A stretch of DNA of 64,000 bases. Source: Rhodocyclaceae bacterium (GTDB lineage: Bacteria > Pseudomonadota > Gammaproteobacteria > Burkholderiales > Rhodocyclaceae). Within the stretch, counting starts at the first letter, position 1, and each line of letters begins with the position of its first letter. The notes below the pieces were generated by a model, which ran no database searches, was not told the DNA's origin, and saw only the letters and a list, made by a program, of their open reading frames with translations. The stretch spans positions 2,325 to 66,324 of the forward strand of contig DATJQH010000137.1 of NCBI GenBank assembly GCA_035505955.1, in the 5' to 3' direction. Positions 43,500-53,113 of this stretch are shown one piece after another. Both the position numbers and the translations under genes were made by a program.

Positions 43500-45838
43500 C
43501 CGTTTCCATGATCCTGCTTGGCGTACTGGCAGCACTGACTTTCGTGCTGATCGTCCGGCCCGTCCGCCGCGCCTTGATCACCCGCCACATCTACGCGTTG
43601 TTCAAGCGCATCCTGCCGACGATGTCCGATACGGAACGCGAGGCGCTGGAAGCCGGCTCGGTCTGGTGGGAAGGCGAACTCTTCCGCGGCAATCCCGATT
43701 GGCGGAAGCTGCTCGCCTACCCGACGCCGATGTTGACGGCCAGGGAGCAATCCTTCCTCGACAACGAGGTGACCGAGGCCTGCCGCCTGGTCAACGACTG
43801 GAACGTGTCGCACGAGCGCTACGACATGTCGCCGGAGGCATGGAAGTACATCAAGGACGCCGGCTTCCTGGGCATGATCATCCCGAAGAAATACGGCGGC
43901 CTCGAGTTCTCCGCCTACGCGCATTCTCAAGTCGTCACCAAGCTATCAACCCGCTCATCGGCCCTCGCGGTTTCGGTGATGGTCCCCAACTCGCTCGGCC
44001 CGGCCGAACTGCTCCTCCACTACGGCACCGACGAGCAGAAGAACCACTACCTGCCGCGGCTCGCCAAGGGCCTGGAAATCCCGGCCTTCGCGCTCACCTC
44101 GCCCTGGGCCGGTTCCGATGCCGCCGCCATTCCCGACAGCGGCATCGTCTGCAAGGGCATGTACCAGGGCAAGGAAGTCCTCGGCATGCGCGTCACCTGG
44201 GACAAGCGCTACATCACGCTGGCGCCGGTATGCACGATCCTCGGCCTCGCCATCCGCCTGTTCGATCCGGACGGGCTGCTCGGCAACAACAAGGACATCG
44301 GCATCACGTGCGCGCTGGTGCCCTACGACCACCCGGGCGTAGACACCGGCAACCGCCACCTGCCGCTCAATGCTGTCTTCTGCACCGGACCGACGCGCGG
44401 CAAGGATGTCTTCATGCCGCTCGACTTCATCATCGGCGGGCCTGCCATGGCCGGCCAGGGCTGGCGCATGCTGATGGAATGCCTGGCCGCCGGCCGCTCG
44501 ATCTCCCTGCCCGGCTCCAACACCGGCATGGCCAAGATGACCGCGCGCGCAGTCGGCGCCTACGCCCGTGTGCGCAACCAGTTCAACCTCGCCATCGGCC
44601 GCTTCGAAGGCGTCGAGGAGCCGCTGACGCGCATCGGCGCCTACACCTACCTGATGGACGCTACGCGCGTCATGACGGCCGGCGCCGTGGATCTCGGCGA
44701 GAAGCCTTCGGTGGTCTCGGCGATCGCCAAGTACCACGTCACCGAGCGCGCGCGCCAGGTGGTGATGGACGGCATGGACATCATCGGCGGCAAGGGCATC
44801 TGCCTCGGGCCGTCCAACTTCCTCGGCCGCGCCTACCAGCAGCTGCCGATCGGCATCACCGTCGAAGGCGCGAACATCCTCACGCGCAGCTTGATCATCT
44901 TCGGCCAGGGCGCCGTGCGCTGCCATCCCTACGTGCTGCCCGAAATGCATGCCGTCAATCACGCCGATCCGAAGCAAGGACTGGTCGATTTCGACGCCGC
45001 GCTGTTCGGCCACGTCGCCTACACGGTACGCAATGCACTGCGCACGCTCTGGTACGGCATCACGGGATCGCACACCGTTTCCGTGCCCGACGTGGCGCCG
45101 GAAACGCGTCGCTACTACCAGCAGCTGACGCGCTTCTCGGCGGCCTTTGCCTACATCGCCGACATTTCCATGATGGTGATGGGCGGCGACCTGAAGCGCA
45201 AGGAAAAGCTCTCCGCGCGCCTCGGCGACGTGCTGGCGCAGATGTACCTGATGTCTGCGACGCTCAAGCGTTACGAGGCGGAAGGCCGCCAGCAGGGGGA
45301 CGCGCCGCTGATGCACTGGGCGGTGTGGGACTGCATGTACAAGGCGCAGGAGGCCTTCGAAGGCGTCATCGCCAACTACCCGAACCGCTTCTTCGCCTAC
45401 TGGCTGCGCAAGGTCATCTTCCCGTTTGGCCATCCCTACGTCGTGCCGTCGGACAAGGTCGGCCATCAGGTCGCGAAAGTGCTGATCTCACCCTGCGCGG
45501 CGCGCGACCGCCTGACCGCCGACTGCCACCTGCCCGCATCCAGTGACGAGCCGGTCGGCGCCATCGAACAGGCCCTGGCTGCGACCATCGAAGCCGAGCC
45601 GATCGAGGCGAAGATTCGCAAGGCCGATCGCGAAGGCCGTTTCGAGAACAACCCGAAAGCCAACGTGCGCGACATCGCCACGGCGGCGTTCGAGGCCGGC
45701 GTAATCACAGCGCCCGAGTACGAGGTCATGCGCCGCCGCAATGCCTTGCGCGACATCGTCATCCGCGTGGACGACTTTCCCTATGACTTCGGCATTGCCA
45801 GCGCGGCGAAGCCGGCCGAGCAAAGGCGGGCCGCCTGA
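43496..45838 (+). CDS. fadE: large acyl-CoA dehydrogenase (FadE type)
   Basis: Collinear with my recollection of E. coli FadE (EAGSVWWEGELFRGNPDWRKL, YGGLEFSAYAHS, VPNSLGPAELLLHYGTDEQKNHYLPRLA, ITVEGANILTRSLIIFGQGAVRCHPYVL). Confidence 0.9.
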   Translation: MTVSMILLGVLAALTFVLIVRPVRRALITRHIYALFKRILPTMSDTEREALEAGSVWWEGELFRGNPDWRKLLAYPTPMLTAREQSFLDNEVTEACRLVNDWNVSHERYDMSPEAWKYIKDAGFLGMIIPKKYGGLEFSAYAHSQVVTKLSTRSSALAVSVMVPNSLGPAELLLHYGTDEQKNHYLPRLAKGLEIPAFALTSPWAGSDAAAIPDSGIVCKGMYQGKEVLGMRVTWDKRYITLAPVCTILGLAIRLFDPDGLLGNNKDIGITCALVPYDHPGVDTGNRHLPLNAVFCTGPTRGKDVFMPLDFIIGGPAMAGQGWRMLMECLAAGRSISLPGSNTGMAKMTARAVGAYARVRNQFNLAIGRFEGVEEPLTRIGAYTYLMDATRVMTAGAVDLGEKPSVVSAIAKYHVTERARQVVMDGMDIIGGKGICLGPSNFLGRAYQQLPIGITVEGANILTRSLIIFGQGAVRCHPYVLPEMHAVNHADPKQGLVDFDAALFGHVAYTVRNALRTLWYGITGSHTVSVPDVAPETRRYYQQLTRFSAAFAYIADISMMVMGGDLKRKEKLSARLGDVLAQMYLMSATLKRYEAEGRQQGDAPLMHWAVWDCMYKAQEAFEGVIANYPNRFFAYWLRKVIFPFGHPYVVPSDKVGHQVAKVLISPCAARDRLTADCHLPASSDEPVGAIEQALAATIEAEPIEAKIRKADREGRFENNPKANVRDIATAAFEAGVITAPEYEVMRRRNALRDIVIRVDDFPYDFGIASAAKPAEQRRAA
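43516..43543 (-). repeat. dispersed word copy K (reverse orientation, inside the fadE 5' end): GAAAGTCAGTGCTGCCAGTACGCCAAGC
   Basis: Exact AGTCAG-N10-ACGCC plus the AAGC flank. The middle segment is diverged. Confidence 0.55.
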
Positions 45839-47121
45839 TGGCCGCGCCGTCCTCCCCCGTCTATGTGGTCGATGGCGCGCGCACGCCGTTCCTGAAGTCG
45901 CAGAACACGCCCGGACCGTTCGCCGCATCCGACCTGGCCGTCCAGGCGGGGCGTGCGCTGCTGCTGCGCCAGCCTTTCGCGCCGACCGATCTCGACGAGG
46001 TGATCCTCGGCTGCGCCGCACCCTCGCCGGACGAGGTGAACATCGGCCGCGTCCTCGCACTGCGACTCGGCTGCGGCGAGAAGGTGCCCGGCTGGACCGT
46101 GATGCGCAACTGCGCCAGCGGCATGCAGGCGCTCGATTCGGCGATCGCCAACATCCAGTGCGGCCGCTCGAACCTCGTCCTCGCCGGTGGCACCGACGCG
46201 CTCTCGCGCGCGCCGCTGCTGTTTTCCGACGCCATGGTGCGCTGGTTGTCGGGCTGGTACGCGACGAAGACGGTCGGCCAGAAGATCGCCGCCCTGCGCG
46301 GCTTCAAGCTTGGCTTCCTGGCGCCCGTACTCGGCATCGTCAAGGGGCTCACCGACCCGGTGGTCGGTCTGATGATGGGCCAGACGGCGGAAAACCTGGC
46401 CTGGAAGTTCGGCATTTCGCGGCGAAAAATGGACGAGTTTTCCGCCGAGAGCCACCTCCGCGTCATCGCTGGCAGGGCTGCTGGCCACTACAACGAAATC
46501 GTGCCACTGGTGGACGACAAGGGCACCGTCTACGCCGGGGATGACGGCGTACGCACCGACTCGACGCCCGACAAGCTGGGCAAGCTGAGGCCGGTGTTCG
46601 ACAAGCCCTACGGCAGCATCACCGCCGGCAACAGTTCACAGATCACCGACGGCGCGGCGCTGCTGCTGCTCGCCTCGGAAGAGGCGTTGAAGCGCTGGAA
46701 CCTCACTCCGCTGGGCAAAATCACCGACAGCCAGTGGGCCGGCCTCGACCCGGCGCAGATGGGCCTCGGGCCCGTGCATGCGTCGACGCCGATCCTGCAG
46801 CGCCACGGACTCGGCCTCAACGACCTCGACGCCTGGGAGATAAATGAAGCCTTTGCAGCGCAGGTGCTCGGCTGCATCGCCGCATGGGAAGACGAAACCT
46901 ATTGCCGCGAACAGCTCGGCCTCGACCATGCGATGGGCGCGCTCGACCGCGCGAAGCTCAACGCCGACGGCGGCGCCATCGCGCTCGGCCACCCGGTCGG
47001 CGCCTCGGGCGCCCGCATCGTCCTGCATCTGTTGCACCGTCTGCAATCCGGCCAGAAGGGCATCGCCACGATCTGCATCGGCGGCGGCCTCGGCGGCGCC
47101 ATGCTGGTAGAAAGATCATGA
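45838..47121 (+). CDS. acetyl-CoA C-acyltransferase (thiolase)
   Basis: Active-site Cys region VMRNCASGMQA and C-terminal NADGGAIALGHPVGASGARI and CIGGGLG. Confidence 0.85.
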   Translation: MAAPSSPVYVVDGARTPFLKSQNTPGPFAASDLAVQAGRALLLRQPFAPTDLDEVILGCAAPSPDEVNIGRVLALRLGCGEKVPGWTVMRNCASGMQALDSAIANIQCGRSNLVLAGGTDALSRAPLLFSDAMVRWLSGWYATKTVGQKIAALRGFKLGFLAPVLGIVKGLTDPVVGLMMGQTAENLAWKFGISRRKMDEFSAESHLRVIAGRAAGHYNEIVPLVDDKGTVYAGDDGVRTDSTPDKLGKLRPVFDKPYGSITAGNSSQITDGAALLLLASEEALKRWNLTPLGKITDSQWAGLDPAQMGLGPVHASTPILQRHGLGLNDLDAWEINEAFAAQVLGCIAAWEDETYCREQLGLDHAMGALDRAKLNADGGAIALGHPVGASGARIVLHLLHRLQSGQKGIATICIGGGLGGAMLVERS

Positions 47122-49046
47122 ACCTGAACCACTGGAAACTCGAACGCGACGCCGACGGTATCGCCTGGGCGACGCTGGACAAGGCGGGCGCCTCCACGAA
47201 CGTGCTCTCCGCGGAGATCATGGCGGAACTGGGCCGGTTGCTCGACGAACTCGACCGGAATCCGCCCAAGGGCCTGATCTTCCGCTCCGGCAAGGCGGCG
47301 GGCTTCATCGCCGGCGCCGACATCGAAGAGTTCGCACGTCTCGACAGCGCGGAATCCGCGCGGGCGCTGGTCGCGCGGGGCTGGGACCTTTACAACCGCC
47401 TGGCTGCGGTGCGCTATCCGACACTGGCGCTCGTGCGCGGCCACTGCATGGGCGGAGGCACGGAACTCTCGCTCGCCTGCCGCTACATTGTCGTCGTCGA
47501 CGAGCCGTCGACCAAGATGGCGCTGCCCGAAGTGATGCTGGGCATCTTCCCCGGCTGGGGCGGCATGAAGCGGCTGCCGGAGCGCGTCTCGCCGCCCGAG
47601 GCGCTGGACATGATGCTCTCCGGCCGCAACATCGACGCCCGCAAGGCGAAGCGCATGGGCCTCGCCGACGAATGCGTGCCGCCGCGCGTGGCCGAACTGA
47701 CCGCCCGCGGGCTCGTGCTTTCCGGCAAACCACGCCGCCGGCGGCCGCTGCTGCATCGCCTGCTGAACGGACCGCTGAAATCGTACGTCGCCGCGCAAGC
47801 GACGAAGCAGGTCGCCAGACGCGCACGGCCCGAGCACTACCCGGCGCCGTACGCCATCATCGACTGCTGGGCGAAACACGACGGCAACGCGCTGGCAACT
47901 CCGGACTTCGTCGATCGCATCGTTCGTTCGCCAACCGCTCAGAACCTCGTGCGCGTCTTCTTCCTGCAGGATCGGCTGAAGAGCCTCGGCAAAGAGTCAG
48001 CCTTCGTGGCACGCCGAGTGCACGTCGTCGGCGCCGGCGTCATGGGCGGCGAAATCGCGGCCTGGGCTGCCATGCGCGGACTGACCGTGACGCTGCAGGA
48101 CACATCGATGGAACGCGTCGCCGCAGCCATCGGCCGCGCCGGCAGCCTCTACGAGAAGCGCATCAAGGACAAGCTACTGCGTCGCGCCACGCTTGATCGC
48201 CTGATCCCCGATCCCGAAGGCAACGGCGCCGCCAATGCCAACGTGGTGATCGAGGCGATCTACGAGAATCTCGAAGCCAAGCGCAATCTCCTCGCGGCGC
48301 TCGAGGCGAAGATGAGGCCGGACGCCGTGCTCGCCAGCAACACGTCGAGCCTGCGCCTCGAGGACATCGCCACGACGATGAAGAATCCGGCGCGCCTCGT
48401 CGGCATCCATTTCTTCAACCCGGTGGCGAAGATGCCGCTGGTCGAAGTGGTCGAGGCCAAGGGCGCCGACCGCGAGATGCTCGCGCGCGCCGCCGCCTTC
48501 GTGCGCCAGATAGACAAGTTGCCGCTGCCGGTGAAAAGCGCCCCCGGCTTCCTGGTGAACGCCGTGCTTGGCCCCTACATGCTGGAAGCGATGCGCTGCG
48601 TCGATGAAGGCATCGCGCCGGAAACGGTCGACGAGGCGATGCTCGCCTTCGGCATGCCGATGGGACCCATCGAGCTGGCCGACACGGTGGGTCTAGACAT
48701 TGCCATGGCGGCGGGCAAGCAGCTCGCGGCTGGCGCCGAGCCGCCGCGCTGCCTCGCGGAACGGGTCGGCCACAACGATCTCGGCAGGAAGACCGGCAAG
48801 GGTTTCTATGCCTGGACGAACGGCAAACCGGCCAAGGCCGCCGCGGAGCGGGTAGAGCCGGGTCTCGCCAAACGCTTGGTAACACCACTGGTCGAACGGG
48901 CGAAAGCATTGGTCGCCGACGGCATCGTCGCCGACACCGATTTAGCCGACGCAGGCGTAATATTCGGCACGGGATTCGCGCCCTTCACCGGCGGGCCGCT
49001 TCACGACTCGGCCGGAAAGAACTTCGGGGGCGAATTCATGCACTGA
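47118..49046 (+). CDS. bifunctional enoyl-CoA hydratase / 3-hydroxyacyl-CoA dehydrogenase (FadB/FadJ-like)
   Basis: Crotonase N-terminal half (GFIAGADI, CMGGGTELSLAC). NAD-binding VHVVGAGVMGGEIA and the HADH region in the C-terminal half. ATG at 47118 overlaps the thiolase stop. Confidence 0.85.
   Translation: MNLNHWKLERDADGIAWATLDKAGASTNVLSAEIMAELGRLLDELDRNPPKGLIFRSGKAAGFIAGADIEEFARLDSAESARALVARGWDLYNRLAAVRYPTLALVRGHCMGGGTELSLACRYIVVVDEPSTKMALPEVMLGIFPGWGGMKRLPERVSPPEALDMMLSGRNIDARKAKRMGLADECVPPRVAELTARGLVLSGKPRRRRPLLHRLLNGPLKSYVAAQATKQVARRARPEHYPAPYAIIDCWAKHDGNALATPDFVDRIVRSPTAQNLVRVFFLQDRLKSLGKESAFVARRVHVVGAGVMGGEIAAWAAMRGLTVTLQDTSMERVAAAIGRAGSLYEKRIKDKLLRRATLDRLIPDPEGNGAANANVVIEAIYENLEAKRNLLAALEAKMRPDAVLASNTSSLRLEDIATTMKNPARLVGIHFFNPVAKMPLVEVVEAKGADREMLARAAAFVRQIDKLPLPVKSAPGFLVNAVLGPYMLEAMRCVDEGIAPETVDEAMLAFGMPMGPIELADTVGLDIAMAAGKQLAAGAEPPRCLAERVGHNDLGRKTGKGFYAWTNGKPAKAAAERVEPGLAKRLVTPLVERAKALVADGIVADTDLADAGVIFGTGFAPFTGGPLHDSAGKNFGGEFMH
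47991..48015 (+). repeat. dispersed word copy I (inside the fadB-like gene): AAAGAGTCAGCCTTCGTGGCACGCC
   Basis: Exact AGTCAG-N10-ACGCC. Confidence 0.6.
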
Positions 49047-49100
49047 ACCGCGAACTGCTTTGCCACGGGTCGACGACCACAATCAACAAGAGGAGGAAAC

Positions 49101-50444
49101 ATGAAACCAAGTTCTACCCTACGGCTGGTCCCGGCCGCCCTGATCGGCCTCTGGGCCGGTACCGCCGGCGCGTCCGGCTTCCAACTGCTCGAGCAGAACG
49201 CCAGCGGCATCGGCAATGCCTTCGCGGGTTCAGCCGCTGTCGCCGAGAACGCCAGCACGGTCTTCTTCAACCCTGCCGGCATGACGCAACTGGAAGGCCG
49301 CAACGTGTCGTTTGGTGCGGCCGCAATCAATACAAGCTACAAGTTCAGCAATCGCTCGTCAAACGTCGCCACCGGCCTGACGACGGCGGGTGATGGCGGC
49401 GACGGCGGCGGACTTGGCGTCGTGCCGAACGGCTATTTCAGCATGGCCGTAACCAAAGACCTGTATTTCGGCCTGGGCATCGGCGCGCCGTTCGGCCTCA
49501 AGACCGAATACGACAATCCGTGGATGGGTGCCGCCCAATCGCTCAAGTTCGACGTCCAGACCCTCAACGTCAATCCGTCTGTCGCCTATCGTGTCAACGA
49601 CACGGTATCGCTAGGCTTCGGTCTCGACTGGCAGAAGCTCGACGCCACGTACAAGCGCCTGGCTACCACCGGCCTAATGCCCACCGGCCTGCCCGCTCCC
49701 TATCCGGCCTACATCGATGGCTCCACAGTGATTTCCAGGCTGAAGATCAACGATGACGCTTGGGGCTGGAATATCGGCGCACTGTTCAACGTATCGCCGA
49801 CGACCAAGGTCGGCGTGTCCTATCGTTCGCGCGTCAAGTACAACGCGACCGGTGACGTGACCCTGAGTTCGAATGGCTCGGCGGCGGGCGCCACCGCGCT
49901 GGCGATTCTGAATGGCGGCGGTTATGCCAGTAACGTCAAGGCCGATATCGAGCTTCCAGACACCTTTATCGCCAGTGCCACGCAGAAGCTCGATGACAAG
50001 TGGGAAATGCTCGGCGACATCTCCTGGACCGGCTGGAGCTCGATCCCGAAGATCGACGTCATCCGAACCTCCGGCCTCCAGAACACGCGGACCGCGCAGA
50101 CCTTGAATACCGATTTCCGCGACACCTGGCGCTTCGCGCTGGGCGCCAACTACAGCCTGCGCGAAGATGTGAAACTGAAGTTCGGCATCGCCTACGACCA
50201 AACGCCGGTCAAGGGAGCGGATACCCGTCTCGTCTCGTTGCCCGACAACAACCGGACCTGGTTCTCGTTTGGCGCGCAGTGGCTGCCAACGAAGGGCTCG
50301 GTCGTCGATGTCGGCGCCGCCTACCTGTATATTAAGGATCCATCGATCCATAACGATCAGACTACGTCGGGCCGCGGCCTCATCGACGGCACTTATAAAG
50401 ACAGCTGCTGGATCCTTGGTGCTCAGTACTCCATGCAGTTCTAG
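49101..50444 (+). CDS. fadL: outer membrane long-chain fatty acid / hydrophobic compound transporter (FadL/OmpP1/TodX family)
   Basis: Signal peptide, SGFQLLEQNASGIGNAFAGSAA N-terminal hatch motif, and a terminal aromatic residue (YSMQF). AGGAGG RBS. Confidence 0.85.
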   Translation: MKPSSTLRLVPAALIGLWAGTAGASGFQLLEQNASGIGNAFAGSAAVAENASTVFFNPAGMTQLEGRNVSFGAAAINTSYKFSNRSSNVATGLTTAGDGGDGGGLGVVPNGYFSMAVTKDLYFGLGIGAPFGLKTEYDNPWMGAAQSLKFDVQTLNVNPSVAYRVNDTVSLGFGLDWQKLDATYKRLATTGLMPTGLPAPYPAYIDGSTVISRLKINDDAWGWNIGALFNVSPTTKVGVSYRSRVKYNATGDVTLSSNGSAAGATALAILNGGGYASNVKADIELPDTFIASATQKLDDKWEMLGDISWTGWSSIPKIDVIRTSGLQNTRTAQTLNTDFRDTWRFALGANYSLREDVKLKFGIAYDQTPVKGADTRLVSLPDNNRTWFSFGAQWLPTKGSVVDVGAAYLYIKDPSIHNDQTTSGRGLIDGTYKDSCWILGAQYSMQF

Positions 50445-50458
50445 CAATGCGGTTCTCG

Positions 50459-50482
50459 CTGGCCCGGCAGCTGCCGGGCCAG
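50459..50482 (+). terminator. GC-rich perfect hairpin after fadL (CTGGCCCGGC-AGCT-GCCGGGCCAG)
   Basis: Read directly from the sequence: 10-bp stem with a 4-nt loop. There is no clear T-tract, so terminator function is uncertain. Confidence 0.4.
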
Positions 50483-50622
50483 TCAACCGCCGCTCGTCCA
50501 ACGTCGTCGAGGCGCGCGAATCGCGCCGCGTCTTCATGCACATGCTGCGCGTATGGCCGGGCGACAAATCCACCGACGCCGATCTGAAGCGCGCGTTGCT
50601 TGGCTGCTGAGGGGAGCAAGAC

Positions 50623-52278
50623 GTGGACAAGATCTGGCTCAAGAGCTACCCGGATACCGTTCCTGCCGACATTCTGCCTCTCAAGGAGAACTCGCTCGCC
50701 GAACTGATGGAGGCCGCATGCCGGCGCTACGGCGACAAGGTCGCCTGCATCAGCATGGGCAAGACGCTGACCTACGCCGAACTGGACCGGGAGGCGACCC
50801 ACTTCGCCGGCTGGCTGCAAAGCGTCGGTCTCGGCAAGGGCAGCCGCGTCGCGCTGATGATGCCCAACCTCTTCCAGTACCCGGTCTGCCTGTTCGGCGC
50901 GCTGCGCGCGGGCTGCGTCGTCGTCAACGTCAATCCGCTCTACACGCCGCGAGAACTTGAACATCAGATGAAGGACTCGGGTGCCGAGGCCATCGTGGTC
51001 GTGGAGAACTTCGCCAGCACCGTCGAGAAGGTACTTGCGCACACCCAACTGCGACATGTCGTGGTCACGCCCATGGGCGAGCTGCTGGGCGGACTCAAGG
51101 GCACGCTGGTGAACCTTGTCGTCAAGCACGTGAAGAAACTGGTGCCGAAATGGAACATCCCCGGTGCGGTCAACCTGCGCCACGCCCTGGCCGCCGGACG
51201 CCGCCACGGGTTTCAGCCACCGCAGATCGGTCTCGACGATCTCGCGTTCCTGCAGTACACGGGGGGCACGACAGGCGTGGCCAAGGGTGCGATGCTCAGC
51301 CACCGCAATGTCGTAGGAAATGTGACGCAGGCCACGGCCTGGATCGCGCCCCCCATCCGCGAACACGAGGAACTCATCGTCACCGCCCTGCCCCTGTACC
51401 ACATCTTCGCGCTGACGGTGAGCCTGACCTTCCTTCGCCTTGGCGCGCGCAACTTGCTGATTGCCAATCCGCGCGACATTCCGGGGTTCGTGAAGGAGTT
51501 GCACAAGCACTCCTTCACCGTGATCACGGGCGTCAACACCCTGTTCAATGCCCTGCTCAACAACTCCGGATTCGCCAAGCTGGATTTCTCAAACCTGGTG
51601 ATCACGCTGGGCGGTGGTATGGCCGTGCAGAAACCGGTCGCCGATCGCTGGAAGTCCGTGACCGGCAAGGCGCTGCTGCAGGCCTACGGCCTGACGGAAA
51701 CATCGCCGGCTGCGACGATCAACCCGCTGTATGCCACCGATTTCAACGGATCCATCGGGCTGCCCATTTCGTCGACCGAAGTCGCAGTCCGCAGCGACAG
51801 CGGCATCGATCTTGGAGTCGGGGAGATCGGCGAGATCTGCATCCGTGGTCCGCAGGTCACGAAGGGCTACTGGCAGCGCGACGACGAGACTGCCGCCGTG
51901 TTCCATGCCGACGGTTTCCTGCGCACCGGCGACATCGGCTACATGGACGACAAGGGCTTCATCTTCCTGGTCGACCGCAAGAAGGACATGATCCTGGTCT
52001 CCGGGTTCAACGTGTATCCGAACGAAGTCGAGGAGGTGGTCGCGACGCTTCCCGGGGTACGCGAGGTAGCGGCCATCGGCATTCCCGACCCGCGTTGCGG
52101 CGAGGCCGTGAAGATATTCGTCGTGAAGAAGGACCCAAACCTGACCGCGGATGAAATCATCGCCCACTGCCGCACGCAACTCACCTCATACAAGGTGCCG
52201 CACCACGTGGAATTCCGCGACGACCTGCCGAAAACCAACGTCGGCAAGGTCCTGCGCCGCGCGCTGAAGGAAGGCTAG
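50623..52278 (+). CDS. fadD: long-chain-fatty-acid--CoA ligase
   Basis: AMP-binding motif LQYTGGTTGVAKGAMLSHRN and GYGLTETSP, GDIGYMDDKGFIFLVDRKKDMI. GTG start with a GAGGGGAG RBS. Confidence 0.85.
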   Translation: MDKIWLKSYPDTVPADILPLKENSLAELMEAACRRYGDKVACISMGKTLTYAELDREATHFAGWLQSVGLGKGSRVALMMPNLFQYPVCLFGALRAGCVVVNVNPLYTPRELEHQMKDSGAEAIVVVENFASTVEKVLAHTQLRHVVVTPMGELLGGLKGTLVNLVVKHVKKLVPKWNIPGAVNLRHALAAGRRHGFQPPQIGLDDLAFLQYTGGTTGVAKGAMLSHRNVVGNVTQATAWIAPPIREHEELIVTALPLYHIFALTVSLTFLRLGARNLLIANPRDIPGFVKELHKHSFTVITGVNTLFNALLNNSGFAKLDFSNLVITLGGGMAVQKPVADRWKSVTGKALLQAYGLTETSPAATINPLYATDFNGSIGLPISSTEVAVRSDSGIDLGVGEIGEICIRGPQVTKGYWQRDDETAAVFHADGFLRTGDIGYMDDKGFIFLVDRKKDMILVSGFNVYPNEVEEVVATLPGVREVAAIGIPDPRCGEAVKIFVVKKDPNLTADEIIAHCRTQLTSYKVPHHVEFRDDLPKTNVGKVLRRALKEG

Positions 52279-52282
52279 GCGT

Positions 52283-52528
52283 TCAGGCGACCGTATTGAC
52301 GATCGTGCCGGTCATCTGTCCCTGGGCGTTGACCACCGGCGGCCGCTGCTTCTCCGCCACCTCATTGTCCTGGCTGGCCTGTTGCGGCTGCTGCGCTTGT
52401 TGTGCCTGGCTGGACGGCGCTACCTGTTTGGCCTGATCCGCCTGGCGTGCCTGCTCCGCCTGTCTGGCCTGTTCCAGTGCGAGTTGCTGGGCCGCTGCGG
52501 CGGCCGAAGTTACGGAACTGACTGCCAT
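52283..52528 (-). CDS. small Gln/Ala-rich protein (81 aa), paralog A, unknown function
   Basis: ORF MAVSSVTSAAAAAQQLALEQARQAEQARQADQAKQ...PPVVNAQGQMTGTIVNTVA. Its C-terminal tail is shared with the adjacent ORF. Confidence 0.55.
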   Translation of the reverse strand: MAVSSVTSAAAAAQQLALEQARQAEQARQADQAKQVAPSSQAQQAQQPQQASQDNEVAEKQRPPVVNAQGQMTGTIVNTVA

Positions 52529-52559
52529 GGCATTCTCCTTTCGCGTACTTCCGCCTGCG

Positions 52560-52955
52560 TCAGGCGGAGACGCTGACCACCTGCCCGGTTACCTGCCCGA
52601 GCGAATTGACAACTGGTTCCTTCGGCTGCGCCGGCGCTGGTGCCTGAGCCTGAACCTGAGCCTGTACGACCTTATCGACAGCGGCCGACAATCTGGTTCC
52701 CGCCTGAACTTCAGCGCGCGACGCGGCGACTCCCTGTCGCGCCCTGCCAGCCGACTGCTGCGCCTGGTCGGCATCGACACCGAGCGTCCGTGCATTCTCC
52801 TGGGCCCGATCCGCGCTTCGCTGGGCTGCATCCGCCTCGGCGCGCAACGCACGCGCATTCTGCTCGGCCTGGTCGGCATTCCGCTCGGCCTGGGATACCT
52901 TGAACTGCTGCCAGGCCGACTGGTTGGCGCTTTGCACGCTTAAGTTGGATGCCAT
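52560..52955 (-). CDS. small Gln/Ala/Arg-rich repeat protein (131 aa), paralog B, unknown function
   Basis: MASNLSVQSANQSAWQQ..., three roughly 12-aa repeats (ADQAEQNAR / ADRAQENAR / ADQAQQSAGRAR), and tail EPVVNSLGQVTGQVVSVSA. The tracked start at 53162 runs through tRNA-Pro, so I chose the ATG at 52955. Confidence 0.55.
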   Translation of the reverse strand: MASNLSVQSANQSAWQQFKVSQAERNADQAEQNARALRAEADAAQRSADRAQENARTLGVDADQAQQSAGRARQGVAASRAEVQAGTRLSAAVDKVVQAQVQAQAPAPAQPKEPVVNSLGQVTGQVVSVSA

Positions 52956-53074
52956 GACCCGTTTCCCTGCGGTGATCTGGTCATCACCTCTTGCTAGGAA
53001 TCGTAGTACTTTCGCTAATTCTCGGCAACTACTGCGAATCGGCTCATTCCGACCGTTCGTCAGATGCAGTAAAG

Positions 53075-53104
53075 AAAAAAGGCCGCCCGCACTTGCGGAC
53101 GGCC
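53075..53104 (-). terminator. rho-independent terminator downstream of tRNA-Pro
   Basis: The minus strand reads GGCCGTCCGCAAGTGCGGGCGGCC followed by TTTTTTCTTT. Confidence 0.75.
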
Positions 53105-53113
53105 TTCTGTTCT

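Noticed and set aside
52283-52955. CAG/CTG-rich repetitive DNA considered as a CRISPR array or VNTR
   Set aside because: The repeats are irregular in length and spacing, with no repeat-spacer periodicity. The region reads as two ORFs with homologous C-termini, so it is protein-coding low complexity.
52956-53074. Possible sigma-28-type promoter (GCCGATTC) upstream of the Gln/Ala-rich small genes, which would hint at a flagellar link
   Set aside because: No TAAA-type -35 element occurs at the right distance. A single partial -10 match is not sufficient.
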